DNA of 64,000 nt from NCBI RefSeq assembly GCF_006345805.1, contig NC_043002.1:17422001-17486000 (forward strand). Direction: 5' to 3'. Numbering within the stretch: the stretch's first letter is position 1; each line of letters opens with the position of its first letter. The notes beneath the pieces were generated by a model. It saw nothing but the letters and a program-made list of their open reading frames with translations, ran no database searches and had not been told where the DNA came from. Source of the DNA: Octopus sinensis. Its lineage: Eukaryota. Made by a program: the position numbers and the translations under genes. Shown one piece after another: positions 1-12,248 of this stretch.

Positions 1-99
1 AGGTATTTCGTGTGAACTTCCAACGTGTCATTACCGATACTTCTAACTGTAATTGTAATCTAATGGAAAGTATCCGGTTTAAGCCTAGAAAGTTAATAT

Positions 100-222
100 A
101 CATACACAAATATATACATCTATCGATACATACATACAGACATATATATATATATATATATACAGTCACACATATATATGTATGTATATATATATATATA
201 TATATATATACAGTCACACATA

Positions 223-269
<47 letters not shown>

Positions 270-278
270 TCACACATA

Positions 279-330
<52 letters not shown>

Positions 331-410
331 CACAGTCACACACCTGTGTTTGTGTGTATTAGTGTATGAGTACGTACGTTTGTGGATGTGTGTGTGTGAT
401 TGTGTGTGTT
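100..410. repeat. Compound (TA)n microsatellite with four interspersed ACAGTCACACA units
   Basis: ACAGTCACACA recurs at about 162, 209, 266 and 332, separated by (TA)n runs. Confidence 0.9.
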
Positions 411-841
411 TGTAAGTATACTCGCATGAACAGATGTACATAGTTATATGTATATACTCGTGTGCGTTTCCGATTCTGTTGAGATCGGCGAGTGTCCAGG
501 GGCTGTATGACTAAATGTTTCTGCTGCGCGATGACGTGTTCCTTCTCAGTGGGTTGTATGATTAGAAAGCGAATGCCCCATACCCTCGGGCCAGTCCATA
601 CGTGATTAGTGAAACTGCTTATACGGAAACTCTAATCTCTCTCTCTCGTGTTTATAATCTTTCCACGTATTTAACTTGCTGCGACAATTACACTTCTCTC
701 TTGTCACTACTTACACTTAGCCGTACTATTGTTCCACACCTCCAGCTCCTGAATTACATAGGACGCGATTACATTGTATACAAATCGAGACATCTTTCTT
801 TCTCTAAATTTCTACTCATTCATTTCTTGTTGTTTCCTCCT

Positions 842-842
<1 letters not shown>

Positions 843-884
<42 letters not shown>

Positions 885-1251
885 ATCTCTCCCTCTTTCT
901 TTCTCTGTTCCCCTTCGTCACTTTCTCCCTTTCGCGCACTCACTCTCTCCTTTCTATTTCACTATTGCTCCCCTCATGTCCTTCACCTAATTCAACCAAA
1001 CTCTTTCATTTTGCTCCTACTTAATAAACTCTACATCCGTCTTCTCTTTGTACATCTACACATTTCCTCTGTACTTTTCTTTTTGTTTTCTTCCTTCAAG
1101 TCTTCCCTTTTCTTTCCTGTCTCCCAGCTCCTTTCCTCGCCTTCTCTAATTCTTCCCTCACTTTCTTTTGTTCTTTTTCATCCCCTCATTTTACCAGTTA
1201 TTCTACTACCTCCCAAATCATTCTCTCTCTTTCTCTCTGTCTCTCTCCCTA

Positions 1252-1300
<49 letters not shown>

Positions 1301-1310
1301 GTGTGTGTGT
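843..1310. repeat. (CT)n microsatellites and pyrimidine-rich low-complexity tract
   Basis: (CT)n at about 843-880 and 1225-1277; (CTTT)n at about 1278-1300. Confidence 0.9.
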
Positions 1311-1475
1311 AAGTTAAACATTTTCTGAATAACCCATCGTCCCTTCTTTTTTATAACTTCTTAAAACTTCACCCCGTTAAATCCGAGCAGCATATGCTAC
1401 TTCTGTTCATGTATCTATTTATTCAACTATCTACTGATTTTTATGTAAGGAATTTCACTTAGACAATTTTTGAGT

Positions 1476-2640
1476 TAGTTAGTTAGTTAGTTAGTTAATT
1501 TTTTGGCTCAAAAAGCAAAAAGCAAGGCCATGTAAGGGGACATGGAGTTACGTACAGGGTGGTATTTATGTAAAGAGTTCAGGCCACTTGAGCTCAAGGG
1601 AGTCTTTGAACTGAGCGGTCGTCGGCATCTTCACCAACTCGTCTGGCAGCTTATTCCACGGATCCACAATCCGGACGGAGAAAGCCCTTCTCCTTCGATT
1701 GAGATGAAATCGTCGCAGATAGAGCTTTTCGGAATGACACCGCAGCCGACGCTCTGGAGCAGGAATGAAGAACAGCTCTTTCGAGAGGCTAAACTTTCCG
1801 CTTGTGATGTGAGCAAGAATGAGATCTCCACGGCGTCGTCGTTTTTCTAGAGAATAAAGGTCGAGCGTCTTCAGCCTTTCTTCATAAGACAAATTCTTGA
1901 GACCAAGAACCATGCGGGTAGCCAGCTTCTGGACTATTTCGAGATGCTGTATGTCTTTGAGGAGATAAGGAGAAAAGGCTTGAATCCCGTACTCCAATAT
2001 GGGTCTCACCAGCGAGACATAGAGCGGTAGGAATGTGGCTACTGTGAGCATTCCGAATTACCGTCGAATCAAGAACAGAATTCCGCGTGCTTTGTTGGCA
2101 GCATGGACGCACTGGGCCAAAGGCGAAAAGGAAGAATAGCAGAGGACCCGGCTCGAAATCAAGTTGAGTTGCAGGAGGAGAGCCGACGGGCAGATGACAG
2201 CACTTTGACACGTTCAGACACAGGTCCCATTCGTTAGACCATCTCCAAATTTGGTGGAGGCATCGACGAAGATCCTCTATATCACCGTGAGGAGCGCCAG
2301 TTTGACATCGTCGGCAAATAGAAGGGTGTGTTGCTTGAGGTCGTCGGGCTAGTCATTTATGAAGACTAAGAACAATAAGGGCCCAAGCACTGAACCTTGA
2401 GGCACGCCACTGCTCGCACTGGAGACGTCGGACCGCGAACCATTAACTTGGACTTGGAAGGAGCGATCTGAGAGGAAGGCACCAGCCCATCGTACAATAT
2501 CCGGATGGAAACTATATGCTTGAAGCTTGACAAGTAATAGGCGGTGGTTTACCGAATCAAAAGCTTTGGCAAAGTCCAATAAAACGATGTCAACAGCATC
2601 AGTATCATCGAGGATGCGCGTCACCAATTCTTCCAGTCAC
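1476..2640 (-). mobile_element. 5'-truncated CR1-clade LINE (RT core to 3' end) with (CTAA)n tail
   Basis: Minus-strand peptides LLDFAKAFDSVNH...[37 protein letters not shown] (premature stop) and LYVSLVRPILEY...LSYEERLKTLDLYSLEKRRRRGDLI...WNKLP; (TAAC)n tail at 1476-1497; 12-bp TSD CAATTTTTGAGT (1464-1475) / CAATTCTTGAGT (2641-2652), 1 mismatch. Confidence 0.93.
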
Positions 2641-2774
2641 CAATTCTTGAGTGATTGATTAATACCAGTATCATAGAAAAGTAAATATGGTTTTGAAATA
2701 TAATAGAAGCAAAGCATTTTTGAAAACAATTTCTACTGAAGTCATTCTTTTATACGACCCTAATTCTACAGTGT

Positions 2775-2950
2775 GAAACTGGCCGAATTGTTAGTGCGGC
2801 GCACAGAATAAATTTTTGGTATTTGTTGCGACATATAATACTAATCATCATCCTAGGCGTTCATCTTGTTGGGGCTGATAACTTAAATTACCAATCGTAT
2901 ACTGGTGTCGAATGAGTCTGACATAACACTCCCTAACATGTACAGTAGTG
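2775..2950 (+). mobile_element. Degenerate SINE, family A
   Basis: Diverged similarity to the family A head/body seen at 24302 and 51124. Confidence 0.45.
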
Positions 2951-3184
2951 GTACCTAAACTAGAAGGTTTTCCTAAATTTCACCCTGTGCACAGAGTGCC
3001 AACGTGTTTACACTAACAATTAAATGGATCTTGTATTTGCTTTTGCGTATGGAGTGCAACCATGCTGGAGAAGCACCATGAGAGGTATGTAGTTGAACAG
3101 CCACGAACACGCAGACATATATGCGCAAATACAGACACTTATAACACAGGCATGAAACAGACACATATGTGCATATACGCACAA

Positions 3185-3742
3185 AGACATATAAGTATGT
3201 CATTATTCAGTTTATATCAAGATTTCTTGCCGATGGAGAAAGGGCCGCTTTCGAACCTAGATCCAAGGCAGCTTCATCGGAATTTCAGCAACATCACCAG
3301 GATATTTGTGTATGTATGTGTGTATATGTGCAGTATTTGCAATCAATGCATGTTCAGGTTTGTATATTTTGTTTTATGTATGTACCGTCATGGATCTAGT
3401 TGCATGTCTAGACATGCGCATATATAATTAAATGCTAAACTTCTGGAAAGATTCACAGATTTTTACAGTTCTAGTGATTGCTTCCATATGTAGTCTTCGA
3501 ATCAGCTTGCTCTTTTCTGCATCTCAGAAGCCTAATTTCTCAAGATTCGTACTTTGGCAGAGTGTTACATATCCCCGTGTCCCAATAATTACAGGTGTAA
3601 ACCTGAGGTTTCGAATCTGGATAGAGTAACTGCAGATTTCCCAATAGTTCAACGGAAGTATTCTCTCTTTCACTGATCTACAGCATTATGCTATTATGCG
3701 CGGAGTAGCTGATTTGCACAACTGCACACAGTTTCTCTTCTG
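3185..3742 (-). mobile_element. 3' fragment of RLE-type non-LTR retrotransposon (R4/Dong-like), copy 1
   Basis: Minus translation across a frameshift: VVQISYSAHNSIML*ISERENTSVELLGNLQLLYPDSK/RFTPVIIGTRGYVT...LEKLGF*...LIRRLHMEAITRTVKICESFQKF, resembling a C-terminal restriction-like endonuclease region, followed by a 3' UTR. Confidence 0.7.
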
Positions 3743-3845
3743 TATATGCCTGTATCTATGTATAGATGCCTGTACGTATGCACGTATGTATGTGTGTACG
3801 TATGTATGAATGTATGTATGCATGTATGCATCCATGCATTTATGC

Positions 3846-4305
3846 ATGTAATTATTCAGTTTAATTTCAATATTTCTTCCCGATTTCTTCCTAAATCCAA
3901 GACTCCTTTATTGGAATTTCTGCAACATCAACAGAGTAGTTTTGCATGCATGAGCATTTCCAGTATTTGAAATCAGTGCATGTTCAGATTTATATCTTTT
4001 CTTTTATGTATACTTTGTAATGCATATAGTTGCATGTCTAGACATGCTCATATATATTTAAAGATAAATTTCTGGAAAGTTTTACAGAATTCTAAAGCAC
4101 CAGCGATGGAGTCGATTTGTAGTTTTCGAAGTCCTTCCTGGTTGCGAGAAGTCTAATTTCTCAGGATCGTTACTGAGGCAGTGAGTTACATATCATAGTG
4201 CCCCAATAAGTACAGTACAATCTTGAAATTATAACCTGTGTGTATAAAAATAGATTGACACATCTGTACTGTTTCTCTTCCTATCCCAAATCACTGTCAG
4301 GTCTA
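3846..4305 (-). mobile_element. 3' fragment of RLE-type non-LTR retrotransposon, copy 2
   Basis: PD..VIWDRKRN...YNFKIV/VLIGAL*YVTHCLSNDPEKLDF...LRKLQIDSIAGALEFCKTFQKF; 3' UTR alignable with copy 1; (TATG)n on both sides. Confidence 0.7.
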
Positions 4306-4344
4306 TGTATGTATGTATGTATGTATGTATGCATGCATGTATAC

Positions 4345-4672
4345 GATGAGTTTATGCCAATAAAATCCACTCATGATGCATCTCTGGAACGGGAGTGATA
4401 GTAAAAGATGTTCCTTTCTTCTCGAGCCCTGCCAGGCTCATAAGGGCCGGTTTCCCGGTTTCAATGGCGTAGAAATTCCCCACCTGGATGGGACGCCTGT
4501 CCGTCGCAGGATTGCTCAATTTTGCCAGCTGAGTGGACTGGTGCAACGTGAAAATGAAGTGTTTTGCTCAAGAACACAACGCCTCGCCCGGTCCAGGAAT
4601 CGAAACTACAACCTTAAGGTCATGCATTCAACACCGTAACCACGAAGCCACTCGCTTCCACATAGTAGAAGA
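4345..4672 (-). mobile_element. tRNA-derived SINE, family C
   Basis: Minus strand starts with A-box-like TGGCTTCGTGGTTA and B-box-like GTTTCGATTCC; body CAGTCCACTCAGCTG...CCTGCGACGGACAGGCGTCCCATCCAGG; body related to 23520 and 56605. Confidence 0.75.
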
Positions 4673-5237
4673 TGGTCAAATGCCGTGCAGTGGGACAGAA
4701 CAAGAAACAAATCGTTGCACAGCAATCACAGAGCTATGCAGATAGACAGAGAGACGAAGAGAGAGGGAGAAACAGAGAGAGAGAGACAAAGAGAGAGAGA
4801 AAGACAGAGAGAGAAAGCTCTAGATATAGATAACAATATTTTCTTAAATGCCGAATTTGTAACGAAGATTGCGATGCTGAGGTTGCTTATGGCAACCCGT
4901 GAAGCTTTCATGAATCACATCTCTGCCAATTGAAAAGAAACAAAAATACAGTTTTATGTTAGTGTTTTAAAGGGACAGTTATCTGTATGCAATAACAATT
5001 ATAAAACTGCATTGCAATGAACTTCGATGAGATATTTACATAACAGCACTCAGAAAATAATCATTGGCCACAATGATTAATTGCTTGGTATGTGTCCCAT
5101 AAACTAATATACAGATAGACAGACAGACAGACACAAACACACACACACACATATATATATATATGCACATATGCACATACATACATGCACGCACTGACAC
5201 ACGCACACAAGCTCGCGCATGGAAACACATGTACATA

Positions 5238-6494
5238 CGAGGGGCGTTCAATAAGTAATGCCCCTGACCCACTGCCCATAGCAGTAGAGCAACGAAACTT
5301 GGCACAGTTATTAGTCTTTTTCTACATAGGAACCACCCAGAGTTACGCATTTCTCCCATTGTTTGATACAGCTCTGGAGACCGTTTTTGTAGAAGACCTC
5401 AGCTTGGTCCTCCAACCTGAACGTGACTTCAGAAATCAAGGCTGCATCATCTGGAAAACGCTTTCCTTTCAAAAACAACTTCATGTCTGGGAAGAGGTGA
5501 AAATCAGAGGGTGCAAGGTCAGGAAAGTAGGGGTAGGGGGGAGGAGTTCATAGCCATACGCCTGTGCTTCTGATCTGGCGACAAGCGAGTTGTGGACCGG
5601 AGCGTTGTCCTGCAGGAGGAGGATGCTTTTGCTGATCTTGCCCCGCCTCTTGATTTTGATAACTTCTCTTAATTTCCTAAAAAGTGAAGCATAATAGGCT
5701 CCTGCAATTGTGGTACCCTTTGCCAAGAAATCTGTCATCACTATTCCGTCCTGGTCCCAGAAGACTATGAGCATGACCTTGCCAGCGGAGGGCTGCACCC
5801 TTGCCTTCTTTGGAGGGGGTGAGTCACGGTGCTTCCACTGCATTGACTGGGCTTTGGTCTCTGTAATCAGTCTTTTGAAAAATTTTGACTCATCTTCTTG
5901 GCACATCTCCAAATTCACCCTCGAGCACTCGACGCGTTCTTGCTTCTGGAAAGTTGTGAGCAACCTGGGAATCCATCTGGCAGACACCTTTTGCATATGC
6001 AAATGGTCATGTATGATAGTTTCCACAGACCCGGTACTAATCTTGACCTCATGGGCTATTTGGTGAATAATTATGCGTCGATCTTCCAAAATGGCAGCCT
6101 CAACTTGACGGACAGATGCCTCATCAATGGCAGTAGGGGCGACCAGATCTGGGAGCTGTTTCCACAGTGTTCCGACCATGTTTGAATTCACGATGCCAGC
6201 GTTTTACAAGGTCATATGATGGGGCATCATCACCATAAGTTACTTTCATTTCATCAAAAGTCTCCCGTGGTGTGCGTCCTTTCAAATACAAAAACCGGAT
6301 CACTGCTCGACACTCAACAGGCTCCATTTCACACTTGACTCGGTTCAAACACCTGTAAATCAGACACCACAATTAATTCAGAGCTGTAATTTGCCACTTA
6401 CTCTATAGAGATATACATGATTGCACATGCAAAATTTCATCTAGATCAAGCCCCTGCAAGTGGGTCAGAGACATTACTTATTGAACGTCCCTCG
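5238..6494 (-). mobile_element. Full-length mariner (DD34D) DNA transposon, inactive
   Basis: 36-bp TIRs CGAGGGGCGTTCAATAAGTAATGCCCCTGACCCACT (3 mismatches); TA TSD at 5236-5237 and 6495-6496; 1257 bp. Confidence 0.96.
5311..6327 (-). pseudogene. Mariner transposase pseudogene
   Basis: MEPVECRAVIRFLYLKG HTH start; WIPRLL motif; QDNAPVH...YxPDLAPSDFHLFP gives D34D spacing once the frameshift is corrected; ends GGSYVEKD*; frameshifts near 6130 and 5530; first catalytic D region missing. Confidence 0.92.
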
Positions 6495-6739
6495 TATGTA
6501 TAAAACTCGCGATTTCCAATACAACTTGATTTGTTTTTCTATGCTATTTTATATCCTACGATATCCTAATTTTGAGTGATTTTTTTATATTGTAAATATA
6601 TATATTTTACAATATCCTAGAACATAGGTAAAATCCGCTACTGAAGATTTGCTGCTGTTGCACCAGCATATCACTACTGCCTGTACAGTTGTACGATTTT
6701 CTATGCATTTAATGTCGAAAGGATTGGCAAGTAACCTCA

Positions 6740-7042
6740 TAATAAGAGTTTTGGCTCAAGTACACAGTGATACGAAAGGATGAGAGAATTCTGACGTTAC
6801 ACAAAGGGGTACGGAACCAGCATGATGAGGTGAGGATAGAGAGGCATATGTTGCCGTGCTCCACCGTTGATATTTGGGGGTTGCATTCATAGCTTCAACC
6901 GGGCATAGAACGGTACTCGCCTGTTTGAGTTTGGAAATGAATGGAATTCCTGGTATGTCTTTCACACATAAGCCCGGGAATCGAACCCACGATTTTGCAA
7001 TAGTCAGGGCAGCAACTAACGACTATCTCACGGACCGTCTTC
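6740..7042 (-). mobile_element. tRNA-derived SINE (distinct family)
   Basis: Minus strand: degenerate A box, then B box GGGTTCGATTCCC; about 300-bp body. Confidence 0.6.
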
Positions 7043-7777
7043 ATGTCTATCTGTATATAGATACGTGTGTGTGTGTGTTTGTGTACGTATATGTATAAAT
7101 ATATTATATATATATATATATGTATATATATATAGTGCAAATTTATAGAAATACAAAAGACAATGACAGGTGTATAAACAACAAGCAGGTCTATATCTAT
7201 ATTATATATATATATAATATATATATATATATATAGAATATATATATATACATATATAGTTGATTTGAGAAAGAATATGATTAATTAGAAATTTTCTCAC
7301 ACAATTTAAAGCTCGCACTTCCAAGTGCCCAAGAGAAATTTGAGATAAAAGATCATATATGTATGCATGTATGTATGTGTGTATGTATGTATGTATGTAT
7401 GCATGTATGTATGTATGTATGTAGGTATGTATGTATGTGTGTGTGTATGTATGTATGTAATGGATAATAAAACGAATGGTTTACACCTGGTAGCTTACTG
7501 GTAAAGCACGATCACTTTAACAGTGAACGTTATGTATATGGCAACACAAAATGATCGAAGATGGAATATACTAAAATCTATTAATCACGACATTTGTTTC
7601 TACACAACTAGCAGCGATCCCTCACGGGTGGGACACTCAACAACTGGTTCAGGTGCATGCAGCGGTTTACATGTATCTCATCAGTTGATAAATAGATACA
7701 ACTCGTTAATATTACAATTCTGCAACGTAATTTCTTGTTTCGTAGAGAGAAAAGTAACCAAAGAGAGGAAATATCTT

Positions 7778-8241
7778 GGATCTTTCCGGTTTGAACGGCA
7801 GATTTTAACATAATTTCTAGGTAACTAAAAAATTTTAAATGTCGTATACTGGTAGAATGTGTTTATAAAACATCTTTTTCTCTTGGCGTTATTGAGACAA
7901 TTCTATAGTTTGTAAGATATTTGTTGTTTTTTTTCTTCAATTTCTGCAATTTCAACCAATCAGTGACGTCCATTGAGTTACAATACATTCTGTGACGTAT
8001 GGATATATCCCTTGTTTAAGAAATAGATTGGGTTTATTTACATTTGCGAAGAAAAAAAGATACTCTTCCCCCACCCATAACCCTAATCCTAACCCTAATC
8101 ATAACTAACCCTAACTAACCCTAACTAACCCTAACCCTAAAACAGATTGAAATGCAATAGATCGATACTAGGGTCATAATTATGGGTGACAATTTCATAT
8201 GACACCGCTAGAAAAAATTGCCGTACAAACCGAAAAGATCC
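7778..8241. mobile_element. MITE with GG-starting TIRs and 8-bp TSD (Merlin- or hAT-like), containing telomeric repeats
   Basis: TIR GGATCTTTCCGGTTTGAACGGCA vs GGATCTTTTCGGTTTGTACGGCA; TSD AATATCTT at 7770-7777 and 8242-8249. Confidence 0.88.
8078..8140. repeat. Interstitial telomere-like (CCCTAA)n / (CCCTAACTAA)n array
   Basis: taaccctaatcctaaccctaatcataactaaccctaactaaccctaactaaccctaaccctaa. Confidence 0.9.
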
Positions 8242-8499
8242 AATATCTTCATTTACATAGTAGATCAAAATTAAATCGCAAATGGAGAAAAGAGAAACGA
8301 ACATGCAATATATCTATTAGCAGATATGGATGATCACAAAGAGAGTTCACTATGTACTCGATTTTGTACAAATCGTTAAAAGTAAACTTAAGTCGTCCAT
8401 ACCATAATGTAAGTTATTTTTAGTTACTCAAAATTCAATCCACAGCATATTCCATCGTCCATCTCTTTTTTTTTTGCCATATTTATCTATTTATCTATC

Positions 8500-8510
8500 T
8501 ATCACTTTCT

Positions 8511-8541
<31 letters not shown>

Positions 8542-8594
8542 TATATATATGTAATACATATATATATATGTGTGTGTGTGTGTATTTGTATATA

Positions 8595-8635
<41 letters not shown>

Positions 8636-8764
8636 ACCTATCTATATATGTATTTATATATATGTATTTATATATGTATTTATATATTTTTATATATGTA
8701 TTTATATATATGTATCTATATATGTATTTATCTACCTATCTATATATACGCCTCTATATATACT

Positions 8765-8804
<40 letters not shown>

Positions 8805-8816
8805 CTAATATATATC

Positions 8817-8875
<59 letters not shown>

Positions 8876-8900
8876 GTATATATGTATATAAGTATATATA
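8500..8900. repeat. (TA)n-based compound microsatellite
   Basis: About 400 bp of TA dinucleotides with TATATATGTATT-type variant units. Confidence 0.9.
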
Positions 8901-9328
8901 TAGGGGTATTATAGATAGGTAGATAAATCGTAGGTATCTGCCTGTGCATCTGTGTCTGTTCGTATGTGAGAGAGGAAGAGCCCGTGGGACTGTCCGCGTT
9001 TGTATGTATGTATATGAGTGTCAGGAGTGAAAGATTAAAATCTCTCAAGTTCTTATTCCATTGTGAAGGTAATTTCACACGTCCAAGCAAAACTGTATTT
9101 TGCGAAGTGAGGACGATTTTTTCTTCGTTGTACATTATTTCTTATCGACTTAGTATAAATACTTTTCGTCTCTGTTTGATGTAGTATTCTATTGATATAA
9201 TACCAGAAAGCCAGTTATACAGAATTTTCCCTTTGTATTAATGTGAATTTTCATTCCAAATGTCTGATTGGCGTATACATATATATATATATATATATAC
9301 ATATATAATATATATATTATAATATATA

Positions 9329-9397
<69 letters not shown>

Positions 9398-9602
9398 GTA
9401 TATATATATAGATACATAAGAAAAAGCATTATGTGATTAAATTTTCGGGATATGAATGTTACGTGGGTGACCTTATATTGTTTGTTCTGCAACCATAGTT
9501 TAATATATTTGTCTCATTTAATTGACCACTTCTGTAGCAGTCCTATTAAACAGTTTGTTCCTGATAAGAAACAATCACTTAATATTGATATATATAATAT
9601 AT

Positions 9603-9633
<31 letters not shown>

Positions 9634-9789
9634 CTATATAATATATATATTATATATATATATTGGTAAAAACGGTAAGATAAAAAAAAAGAAAGAGACC
9701 TCAATATATGTAAATAGAGGAAATTTATCTATAAAATAATGTTACATTTACTCAATAGTCAAGATAAAACTCTGAGTTTCAGATGTAAT

Positions 9790-11499
9790 AAATAATTACA
9801 CTAAGGCTAGGCCACAGACATATAATGAAATTAATAAAGAAGCTAGCGTTATCGCCGCTAAACTTAAATAAGATAAAAAAAATAGAAGTCCTTCTCCAAA
9901 AAGAGGCCTTTATTGCAATTAAAGACCACAAAGAGAACTTCCTTTCCAACCCTAAATGTATGCTTATCAACCCAGCTAAGTCAGAACTTGGGATTATTAG
10001 TAAGGAAATTTTAGATAAAATAAATGCGAAAATTAAGACCGCTACTAGGCTAGTACAATGGTCCAATAGTATAGAAGATGTAGACTGGTTTAAAGCCATT
10101 AACAATAAGAAAAAAGCGATGTTTACACAATTCGATATTGTTGATTTTTATGCCTCTATCTCTAAAGAACTGCTAGATTAAGCCCTCGTCTTCGCTAGCG
10201 ATTTCATAGAAATCAGTACAAATGATAAGGACATAATCTTCCATGCTAGAAAGACCTTACTTTTCAGTGAGAACGCAAAGTGGGTCAAAAATGCCGACAC
10301 AGAGGGTGCTTTCGATGTGAGCATGGGGTCATATGATGGAGCAGGCATTTGCGATCTTATTGGATTTTTTCTCCTAGATACTTTCAGTAAGATATTTCCT
10401 GACGTATATTTCGCCATCTACAAAGATGATGCCCTCGCTTTAACCGCTAATACAAATGGACCAGCACAGGATCGTTTTAGGAAGGATATTATCCAATTAA
10501 GGAAATACTTCGGACTTAGTATAACTATAGATACTAACCTGACGGTTGTCAATTTCCTAGACGTTTCCTTAGATCTAAATAAGAATATTTATAAGCCTTA
10601 TTGGAAGGCCAATGATAGACTTAGTTATATTAATGTAGGTTCATGCCATCCCCCTATAGTATTCAAAAATTTAGTTTAAAATATTAGTAAGAGCATTTCT
10701 AGCCTCTCCTCCGATAAGGACATTTTTTTTAATAGCGTTGCCCCAGTTTATAAAAGATAGTGGTTTTAGCGAAAAAATAAAATATACACCTGTTACTAGC
10801 CCAACAGTAAAGAAGAGGAAAAATAGAAATAGGAAGATCATCTGGTTAACACCCCCTTACTCCACCGAGGTGACCTTCAATATAGGTAGATATTTCTTAA
10901 CACTGATAGATAGACATTTTCCAGTTAACCATACTTATAGGAAACTCTTCAATAAACACAATTTAAAAATTAGTTTTAGTTCTACTACCAATTTTAAAAA
11001 TATAATCACATATAACACACAAGAACCACAAGAAAACAGCTGTTCATGCAGGAATAAAAAATTGTGCCCGCTAAATGGAGCTTGCATGTCCGAGACCATC
11101 ATCTATGAAGCTACCGTGGACTCTATAACCACTAAAGACACCGTTTCGACGAAAAAATACGTGGGCCTTACAGAGGGTAATTTCAAGGCCAGGTTCAATA
11201 GCCACACTTTGAGTTTTAGGCACTGGAACAAAAGAAAAGCGACAACATTATCTAATCATATTTGGTCTTTAAATGATAAAGGTGTCGATTATAACATCCA
11301 TTGGAAGATTTTGGCCAAATGTAAGCCCTACACCAACGGCAGTGGAAGGTGCGGTCTATGCGACATGGAGAGATGGCTTATCTGGAAAAGCAGCTTAGAT
11401 CCTACTACATGTCTAAACTCAAGGACCGAACTTTTCGGATCATGCCCATATCTGACAAAATTTTTGTTACGTTTTTGGTCCCCTAAAGAAAACAGATAG
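9790..11499 (+). pseudogene. Penelope RT-endonuclease pseudogene
   Basis: IKDHKENF..NPKC.LINPAKSE; QFDIVDFY; MGSYDGAGICDLIG; YKDD; VNFLDVSL; IIWLTPPYS; CPLNGAC; IIYEATV...KYVGLTEGNFKARFNSH; CGLCDME; several stops and frameshifts. Confidence 0.92.
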
Positions 11500-12187
11500 A
11501 ACTTGCTTTCTATATTATGTCCCAAAAAGTTTTTTATCTCATTATACCTTTTATTATTTCATATATTTTTATATTTTCACACATAATAATTTTTTCTGTA
11601 CTTTTCTATCCTGAATTTTTTCCTGTGCCTATATAGACGTGTATATAAATTCATTTGTACACGTGTGTGAATATGTATGAGTGGGCAGTTTTAGATATGT
11701 GCGTGTGCGCGGGCATAAGAATGCACATATATATATAGACGTTTTTACTTCGGATTTTTCCATTTTTGGGGGGTGGGGGCATATGTATATTCATTTTTTG
11801 TATATGCGTGTGTATGTATGTGTATATAAATATGTGCGGGTATGTACTTATATGGGCGTGTGTGTGTATGAGTGCATAGGGGCATGTCCGTATATGAACG
11901 TGGTTTTTATGCTTTGTATACTTCCTTATGTTTTTTTCTGTTATCTTTAACCATGGTTTTTCTTGTGCTTGTGCGTATATAGACGTATGTATGAACTTTT
12001 ACGATACGCATGTGTGTGCGTATGAGATTGTATATATATGCGTATATATTCGGCGAAAAATGCGAGTGAAGATGTGTACGTTTTCATAGTGACGTATAAG
12101 TACGCACGTGGGTTCGCGAGCAGAATTATAATATAGTAATTTCCCTTTATATAACGGTATTTTTTCATAACGTTTTTCAGATGGCCA

Positions 12188-12248
12188 GATAACCGAAGAG
12201 ATGGTGTTGTGGATTTCCACTTCGGCATCTGAAACTCAGAATTTTATC
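12188..12248 (+). ncRNA. Hammerhead-like fold at the Penelope 3' terminus (variant core)
   Basis: Helix I GATAA/TTATC; core CCGAAGA; helix II GATG/CATC; GAAA; helix III ACT-CAG-A(G)T; site ATT here and GTT in the inverted copy at 9730-9785. Confidence 0.6.

Noticed and set aside
12-441. ORFs rich in YI/IY, CV/VC, HT/TH, LS/SL, YLSI or MYVC repeats here and throughout the window
   Set aside because: They are translations of (TA)n, (TG)n, (CA)n, (CT)n, (GATA)n and (TATG)n microsatellites, not genes.
1542-1850. Plus-strand 102-aa ORF and similar antisense ORFs over LINE and mariner remnants (5710-6185, 12367-12668, 60854-61311)
   Set aside because: Shadow frames opposite recognisable transposon coding strands.
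8078-8140. True telomere or chromosome-fusion scar
   Set aside because: Short, degenerate, single orientation, and enclosed within TIRs and a TSD.
9440-9560. Minus-strand exon after GTTTCTTATCAG
   Set aside because: All frames close before a credible donor.
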